Below are positions 34,093 to 38,343 of a DNA stretch of 38,343 nucleotides, piece by piece; position 1 is the first letter of the stretch; each line of letters begins with the position of its first letter. Where the stretch lies: the UHGV virus genome UHGV-0196443, one strand, 5' to 3'. The notes beneath the pieces are model-generated. The model searched no databases and had not been told where the DNA came from. It was given only the letters and a program-made list of their open reading frames with translations. Made by a program: the position numbers and the translations under genes. Source of the stretch: a virus.

Positions 34093-34815
34093 TCAAATTC
34101 TCCTGTTCAAACGGATCAGGATGTATCTTCGGTATTTGTATCCTGTTACCGGATTGATCCCTTCATGGTACGTCTCTTTATCTAGGTAGTATCCTTTTGG
34201 TGGCTTCGGCTCATCTTTCCATGTTTTCCTTTTGTAAATCTTCACTTCTGCCACCGGAATCTTTAAATTCCTGCTACAGGAGTACCGGCTCTCTTTCAGC
34301 TTGTTTTCTTCATCCGGCGTTTTACTTAAATACTCAGCCAGTTTCCGCAAGCCTCCCTCGTCATACAACAGATCGATGTGGACGCCTCCCTTTTCCCATG
34401 CTCTGCGCATGATCAGATCTGCATCCGGAATCCGGTTGATGACCAGATGGTGATGAACCCCGCCCCGACTTCCAATCTCGGTATGCAGCATCCATTTCAA
34501 CTCCACTTCCTGTTTTTTGTATTGTGTGCGTACTTTCTGAATCCACTTTCGGATGTCTTTGGCCGCTTCTTTCATGTCCTGTGGCCGGTTCTCCAATTTA
34601 TAAGTTAATGTCACCCAGTAGTCATTCTCCCGGAAATTCAGCTTCATCTTTCTCCAGCACTGCCGTTCTTTATTCCACTGATTCGTCTTCCTGATCTGCT
34701 CCGGTGTGGCTTTCTTCTTTTTCATTCTCGGCATTCCCGGAGCACCATATCTCCCGTTGTGATACTCCATCACTTCTCTGATGTCTCCCAGGTCATAACT
34801 CTTTTGTTTATACAT
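34093..34815 (-). CDS. HUH-superfamily rolling-circle replication initiator (Rep)
   Basis: 240 aa. Motif 1-like WVTLTY, motif 2 GGVHHHLVI (HUH), motif 3 AEYLSKT (YxxK). Confidence 0.6.
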   Translation of the reverse strand: MYKQKSYDLGDIREVMEYHNGRYGAPGMPRMKKKKATPEQIRKTNQWNKERQCWRKMKLNFRENDYWVTLTYKLENRPQDMKEAAKDIRKWIQKVRTQYKKQEVELKWMLHTEIGSRGGVHHHLVINRIPDADLIMRRAWEKGGVHIDLLYDEGGLRKLAEYLSKTPDEENKLKESRYSCSRNLKIPVAEVKIYKRKTWKDEPKPPKGYYLDKETYHEGINPVTGYKYRRYILIRLNRRI

Positions 34816-34881
34816 CCTGTTTTGCTCCTAAGTTTAATATACTTATCAAGTGAAAAACGGGAGCTTTTCGCTCTCATTTTC

Positions 34882-34910
34882 TTTGACATTTTGCCAATAC
34901 AGGTGTACAA
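34882..34910 (+). promoter_or_regulatory. Consensus plus-strand promoter TTGACA-17-TACAAT upstream-antisense to Rep
   Basis: ttgaca (34882-34887), 17 nt, tacaat (34905-34910). A 9-bp inverted repeat TTGCCAATA (34889-34897) / TATTGGCAA (34937-34945) spans it. Confidence 0.45.
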
Positions 34911-34916
34911 TATAAA

Positions 34917-34985
34917 TGAACTTTTATTTTGTTTGTATTGGCAAAATATCCGGTGCATCTGTTTGCGGCAGGTGCACTAATTTTT
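34917..34985 (+). ncRNA. Candidate countertranscript (ctRNA-like) small RNA antisense to the Rep leader
   Basis: Promoter as above. Intrinsic terminator GTGCATCTG-tttgcgg-CAGGTGCAC (9 bp, one G.U) followed by TAATTTTTTACGCTTTTTT. No convincing ORF. Confidence 0.4.
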
Positions 34986-35261
34986 TACGCTTTTTTCTAT
35001 GTACCTGCAGCTAAGTTCTAATCCCGCTGTCAGAAGGATCATTCCTATCCATAATGATCCGGTTCCCATCATCATGACTGCACAGATTCCCAATGTGGCT
35101 TCCAGGATCCTCAGTAATTCTTCTGCATACCGAAGCTGTCTTCTCTTCCGGAAACTCATACGATGATGTACTCTCCCCCGATCTCTTCTGCTACCTGCTT
35201 CGCTTCCTGGTACGTCCCATACTCGCTCCGGATCTTTCCGGATTGCCAGCGAATGATCCAT
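34977..35261 (-). CDS. Hypothetical small membrane protein
   Basis: 94 aa with a C-terminal hydrophobic segment. Arg-rich N-terminus. Weak support. Confidence 0.3.
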   Translation of the reverse strand: MDHSLAIRKDPERVWDVPGSEAGSRRDRGRVHHRMSFRKRRQLRYAEELLRILEATLGICAVMMMGTGSLWIGMILLTAGLELSCRYIEKSVKN

Positions 35262-35285
35262 ATCTGTTTCCTCTCCTTCTCTTCA

Positions 35286-35441
35286 TTCAAATCCAAGTTC
35301 TTTGATCCTTTCTTCGATTAGCTTCAACTCTGCAACAGCTTCTTCCTCTTCCGGAAACTGCCTCAGTTCCTCTCTTCTGCTGACAAGCCTGCTGTACTCA
35401 ATGACTTGTCCTGCCGTCATGTTCAAGATTCTCTGGTCCAT
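35286..35441 (-). CDS. Small ORF (51 aa, MDQRILNMTAGQVIEYSRLVSRREELRQFPEEEEAVAELKLIEERIKELGFE)
   Basis: Not in the track. SD AAAGGAG 7 nt upstream. Overlaps the next ORF out of frame. Confidence 0.3.
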
Positions 35442-35616
35442 TGATCGCTCCTTTGATTTTTACTGATTTTCTTCCTTGATACTCCAACTCCCTGCAGTAA
35501 TTGTTTAAGCAGGCAATCGCATGCTGTTTCTGCTGTTCGGAATAACCATTCACTCTTTCCGTGGATTCCAGCGTCTGGATGAATTTCTCAATCTGATTGA
35601 TTGTCAGCCTTTTCAT
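35398..35616 (-). CDS. Hypothetical small protein
   Basis: 72 aa, SD GGGAGG upstream. Confidence 0.4.
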   Translation of the reverse strand: MKRLTINQIEKFIQTLESTERVNGYSEQQKQHAIACLNNYCRELEYQGRKSVKIKGAINGPENLEHDGRTSH

Positions 35617-35638
35617 AGCTTGTCCTCCCTTCTACCGC

Positions 35639-35784
35639 CTAAGCGGTTTTTCTTCTTTCGAATCCTATATTTTTCATTGTTTCATCTAATTTTTTCTCCA
35701 AGATTTGAGAAAGTTCTTCTCGTTTTAAATCCTCTTGATTTACCCACGATCCATTGATTTTTATCATGCTTACTACTTCGATTC
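35639..35784 (-). CDS. Small ORF (about 48 aa, MKGIEVVSMIKINGSWVNQEDLKREELSQILEKKLDETMKNIGFERRKTA)
   Basis: Not in the track. SD GGGGTGGTG upstream. Confidence 0.3.
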
Positions 35785-35916
35785 CTTTCATTTCACCACC
35801 CCTCTACTATGTATGAATTATTGGTTGTCTGTGTTACAATCCATATGTGCTGCCATCGCAACCTCCGTGGCGGGATTGCTTTCTTTTTGCTTAACATCGT
35901 AAGAAACGGATGCGCT

Positions 35917-36346
35917 CACTGCATTCCAGAGAAAAACAGCGGATAACCATTAAGAGCTGCTTCTTTTAAATGAGGTAGCTCTTTTTCAGGCATCTCCTCT
36001 TCAAGAAATTCTGCAAATGCTTCAGGAGTTTTTTTGACTTCGATTAAACCGAATACCATATCGGAAAACTCTTTCTCTCTAGTAATGGATTTCAATATAT
36101 CGAATTTTTTATCTTTCTATCCTTATTTTCTTTGCCAAGGCCTATAAACTCATCGATATACTTTTCGATATGTTCCACTTCTCGAATTTCTTCGCGCAAC
36201 TCTTCTGGTTGTTCAAGAATTCTTTTCGTAGCATTTATGATCAAATTCTCCGTATTTACCTTCTGAATTTTGATGCCATCTTCACACTTTTTGATGCGAT
36301 ACAACAAGCGATCCCATTTTCGTCTTGAAACCCACATCTTTCTCAC
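35917..36346 (-). pseudogene. Two adjacent ORFs (84 aa and about 60 aa) separated by a frame change at an A6 run, possibly one disrupted or frameshifted gene
   Basis: ORF 36092-36346 ends at TGA inside GATAAAAAATTCGATATATTGA. An overlapping frame continues (KDKKFDILKSITREKEFSDMVFGLIEVKK...GMQ) to about 35917. Confidence 0.3.
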
Positions 36347-36367
36347 CTCTTTCTTGTTGAATCTTTA

Positions 36368-36396
36368 TTGTCATTTGTTTCCTTATCTCCTATAAT
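36368..36396 (+). promoter_or_regulatory. Promoter A (TTGTCA-17-TATAAT) of the switch region
   Basis: ttgtca (36368-36373), 17 nt, tataat (36391-36396). Followed by an operator-like palindrome. Confidence 0.5.
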
Positions 36397-36402
36397 TTGC
36401 TT

Positions 36403-36426
36403 ACAGGCATCTGCCAATGCCGAGTA
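36403..36426. promoter_or_regulatory. Operator-like element ACAGGCATCTGCCAATGCCGAGTA (GGCAT-N6-ATGCC palindrome), copy A
   Basis: Immediately downstream of the -10. An identical 24-mer occurs at 37529-37552 in the same position relative to promoter B. Confidence 0.5.
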
Positions 36427-36446
36427 AATGGGAAAGGAGAATAGAC

Positions 36447-36743
36447 ATGAAGCTTAATAGTCTCAAAAGCGAATTTTTGAAATACATGGTAAAGTCTTAC
36501 GCAAAAGATCATAAGCGTATATTTACATTTGAATCTTTCAAGTCTCTTTATCCAGAACTTGATGACGATTTTATTTCTGATGCTTTGTTTGCACTGGATG
36601 AAGATGGGTTTGTCCACGTGTTTAAAGCTGACGATGTCGCTTACGAAACCACTTTACTTCCAAATGCCATCTGTTCCGTTGAAGAAGATACACTTTTAAG
36701 AAAAGGCTACTCTTTTATCAAAGAGATACGATCATGGATTTAA
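36447..36743 (+). CDS. Hypothetical acidic protein expressed from promoter A
   Basis: 98 aa from MKLNSLKSEF with SD GGAAAGGAGA. The track ORF starts earlier, at 36417 inside the operator. No recognisable motif. Confidence 0.5.
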   Translation: MKLNSLKSEFLKYMVKSYAKDHKRIFTFESFKSLYPELDDDFISDALFALDEDGFVHVFKADDVAYETTLLPNAICSVEEDTLLRKGYSFIKEIRSWI

Positions 36744-36946
36744 TCAACCAATAACCAATCGTCTCTTATCAATTCATCTGCTGATGGTTGCCATCCGTAT
36801 TTTGATGGATTACTTCCATCAGCATTCATTACAATACAATTTCCTCGCCCATTTGTTGGCTTGATTTTCGCCCCACCTTCAAACTCTGGCAATGTTATGT
36901 ATTTTCTTTCTTCTAATGCCTGTTTCACTGCTTCCTGTATGTTCAT
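36740..36946 (-). CDS. DUF2829-like small protein (Tad2-like candidate anti-defence sponge)
   Basis: 68 aa. ...CIVMNADGSNPSKYGWQPSADELIRDDWLLVD matches the conserved C-terminal W...D..DW pattern of DUF2829 phage proteins. Confidence 0.45.
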   Translation of the reverse strand: MNIQEAVKQALEERKYITLPEFEGGAKIKPTNGRGNCIVMNADGSNPSKYGWQPSADELIRDDWLLVD

Positions 36947-36963
36947 CTTCCTCGCCTCGCTTC

Positions 36964-37146
36964 CTACTCCAAAAAATAATCCACTGATACACCGAAGTAA
37001 TCAGCTACCTTTTTCAGCTTATCCACACTTGGAGACGATTCTCCCCACTTCTTAATTGTTCCGTTTCCAAAGCCCAGAGTTTTCTCAAGACAACTGATTG
37101 AGATGTTGTTCTTCTCTGCCAGCTTTAAAATTTTTTTAAGTATCAT
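36964..37146 (-). CDS. XRE-family HTH transcriptional regulator (Cro/CI-like)
   Basis: 60 aa. ISISCLEKTLGFGNGTIKKWGESSPSVDKLKKVADYFGVSVDYFLE is a typical HTH_3. SD AAAAGGAGGG. Confidence 0.7.
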   Translation of the reverse strand: MILKKILKLAEKNNISISCLEKTLGFGNGTIKKWGESSPSVDKLKKVADYFGVSVDYFLE

Positions 37147-37163
37147 AATTCCCTCCTTTTGTT

Positions 37164-37186
37164 TTCCATCTTGTAGACAACTGCAT
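37164..37186. repeat. 23-bp perfect inverted repeat, left arm (TTCCATCTTGTAGACAACTGCAT)
   Basis: Its exact reverse complement lies at 37452-37474. Together they bracket a 265-bp non-coding segment. Confidence 0.9.
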
Positions 37187-37451
37187 ATATATCTGTTACA
37201 ATAACCTTGTTACACTTAGATAATTTTCTAAAGGTCATAAATGGCTGGAAAGGAGTTGCCGAGGAGTAACAATCTTAAGGATACCTCCGCAAAAGGAGGT
37301 GAGACTTAAGGGAATTAATCCAAATAATTCTAGAATGTATTGTGTGCATTTTTGAAATTGTTAGATTTCTAGAAGACCACGATATGTAATAGTCTCTCCC
37401 CGTGATTATCATCCAACGATAGTTACGTGGAATCCTTTTTTCCGTACATAC

Positions 37452-37474
37452 ATGCAGTTGTCTACAAGATGGAA
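37452..37474. repeat. 23-bp perfect inverted repeat, right arm (ATGCAGTTGTCTACAAGATGGAA)
   Basis: Reverse complement of 37164-37186. Confidence 0.9.
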
Positions 37475-37493
37475 ATCTTTATCTTCACATCTG

Positions 37494-37522
37494 TTGTCTT
37501 TTACCCTTTTGTCTCCTATACT
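37494..37522 (+). promoter_or_regulatory. Promoter B (TTGTCT-17-TATACT) of the switch region
   Basis: ttgtct (37494-37499), 17 nt, tatact (37517-37522). Same architecture as promoter A. Confidence 0.5.
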
Positions 37523-37528
37523 GTTAAT

Positions 37529-37552
37529 ACAGGCATCTGCCAATGCCGAGTA
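37529..37552. promoter_or_regulatory. Operator-like element ACAGGCATCTGCCAATGCCGAGTA, copy B
   Basis: Identical 24-mer to 36403-36426. Confidence 0.5.
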
Positions 37553-37573
37553 TTATGAAAGGAGATAACGTAA

Positions 37574-37753
37574 ATGGATCATATTTCTGACATCTCTCAA
37601 TTACGAGAATTATTAAACGAATCCAGCCGAGAAATTCAGGAAAACATAAGTTCTTCCACTATTGATTTTGGTACAAAATCCCTTCTTGATTCTATTGCTC
37701 AACAAAATCATTATGTTCTGTCTGGAATTATCGAGTATCTTGAGAACAAGTAA
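37574..37753 (+). CDS. Small ORF (59 aa, MDHISDISQLRELLNESSREIQENISSSTIDFGTKSLLDSIAQQNHYVLSGIIEYLENK) from promoter B
   Basis: Not in the track (<60 aa). SD GAAAGGAGA 7 nt upstream. Confidence 0.4.
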   Translation: MDHISDISQLRELLNESSREIQENISSSTIDFGTKSLLDSIAQQNHYVLSGIIEYLENK

Positions 37754-37940
37754 TTTTTTCTTCTTCATCGCACTCTTCCACAACTACTTTTATCTGTGTA
37801 GGAGTGCGATAAAGAATATCTCTTGCTTGATCTATAAGCCTTTCTGCTTTTTCTAAATTATTTAATACTTCATTTTTCCCTTCCACTTTAATGCGCATGC
37901 TCTTTACCTCACTTTCTTTCATTTTGTTCCTCCTCTGCAA
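37728..37940 (-). CDS. Hypothetical small acidic protein
   Basis: 70 aa in the track. Likely start MKESEVKS at 37923 with SD GAGGAGG. Convergent with the promoter B gene. Confidence 0.4.
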   Translation of the reverse strand: MQRRNKMKESEVKSMRIKVEGKNEVLNNLEKAERLIDQARDILYRTPTQIKVVVEECDEEEKITCSQDTR

Positions 37941-38026
37941 AATCCATCGGGTTCACTCCAAGAAATTTACATATAATAATTGCTTCATCCATAGATAATA
38001 GTCGTTCTATTCTTGTTTATATCACT

Positions 38027-38281
38027 TTAAGTGGATTTTTGCGGCAAAAAAATATTATCTGTTGGTATTTTATATAATGCAGACAATGTATTTAATGTTG
38101 CGAAATTAGGTATGACTTTCCCCTTTTCCCAATTAAGTACCGTATTTTTTGATACATGCATCTCTTTTGCCACATCTTCTTGCGTCATCTCTGCATTAAC
38201 TCTAGCCGCTGCAAGACTGATCTGTAATTTTTCCAATTGCATCACCTCTTCTTTCTCTGAACCACTCCCTCGTTGATACAA
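38027..38281 (-). CDS. XRE-family HTH transcriptional regulator (candidate prophage repressor)
   Basis: 84 aa. MTQEDVAKEMHVSKNTVLNWEKGKVIPNFATLNTLSALYKIPTDNIF is HTH_3. Gene closest to the right end of the element. Confidence 0.7.
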   Translation of the reverse strand: MYQRGSGSEKEEVMQLEKLQISLAAARVNAEMTQEDVAKEMHVSKNTVLNWEKGKVIPNFATLNTLSALYKIPTDNIFLPQKST

Positions 38282-38343
38282 GTATATAGTACCACCACTT
38301 TAAGTGTGTGTCAATACTTAAAGTGAAACTATTTTGATTTTTT

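Noticed and set aside
34759-34980. Track ORFs 34759-34980 (+) and 34770-34958 (-) in the Rep upstream region
   Set aside because: They have no SD and are low-complexity. The region is better explained by a consensus promoter plus intrinsic terminator (ctRNA-like unit) and the Rep leader.
37164-37474. MITE call for the IR-flanked 265-bp segment
   Set aside because: No target-site duplication is evident at the immediate flanks (…TTTTGTT | … | ATCTTTA…). It is retained only as one of several hypotheses.

Overview
This 38.3 kb window is almost entirely one temperate siphovirus-type prophage of a low-GC Gram-positive (Firmicutes/Clostridia-like) host. Nearly all genes are on the minus strand, so it reads right to left.

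Gene order, right to left:
- Lysogeny switch, 36.3-38.3 kb: two XRE-HTH regulators and two near-identical rightward promoter/operator cassettes.
- A DUF2829/Tad2-like candidate anti-defence gene and several tiny ORFs.
- A plasmid-like replication block: HUH rolling-circle Rep with a candidate countertranscript RNA, an RNase H-like protein, PcfK/PcfJ, a tandem-OB SSB and an HNH-like nuclease.
- A DUF1492/ArpU-like late activator.
- An AT-rich two-gene ABC-ATPase plus small TOPRIM-like cassette, which looks like an OLD/AbiL/PARIS-class anti-phage module.
- A tRNA-Arg(CCU)-like gene, a decayed tRNA remnant, and between them a candidate type-I toxin/antisense module with an RHH gene.
- HNH endonuclease, TerS and TerL, which suggests a cos-type packaging module.
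- Portal.
- A second AT-rich moron (RHH, Rha-like, two small proteins, antisense sRNA unit) inserted between portal and prohead protease.
- ClpP-like prohead protease, HK97-fold capsid, head-tail joining genes, major tail protein, G/GT chaperone with an A_AAA_AAG -1 frameshift site, tape measure protein (TMP), Dit, Tal endopeptidase and a tail lysin.
- Several collagen-repeat tail-fibre proteins that share a C-terminal motif.
- XhlA-like protein, holin and amidase endolysin.

A large serine recombinase sits on the plus strand at the far left (191-1609). No CRISPR array, rRNA or IS element was seen. All calls are by-eye motif recognition, with no database searches. ORF coordinates come from the supplied six-frame track, adjusted where stated.
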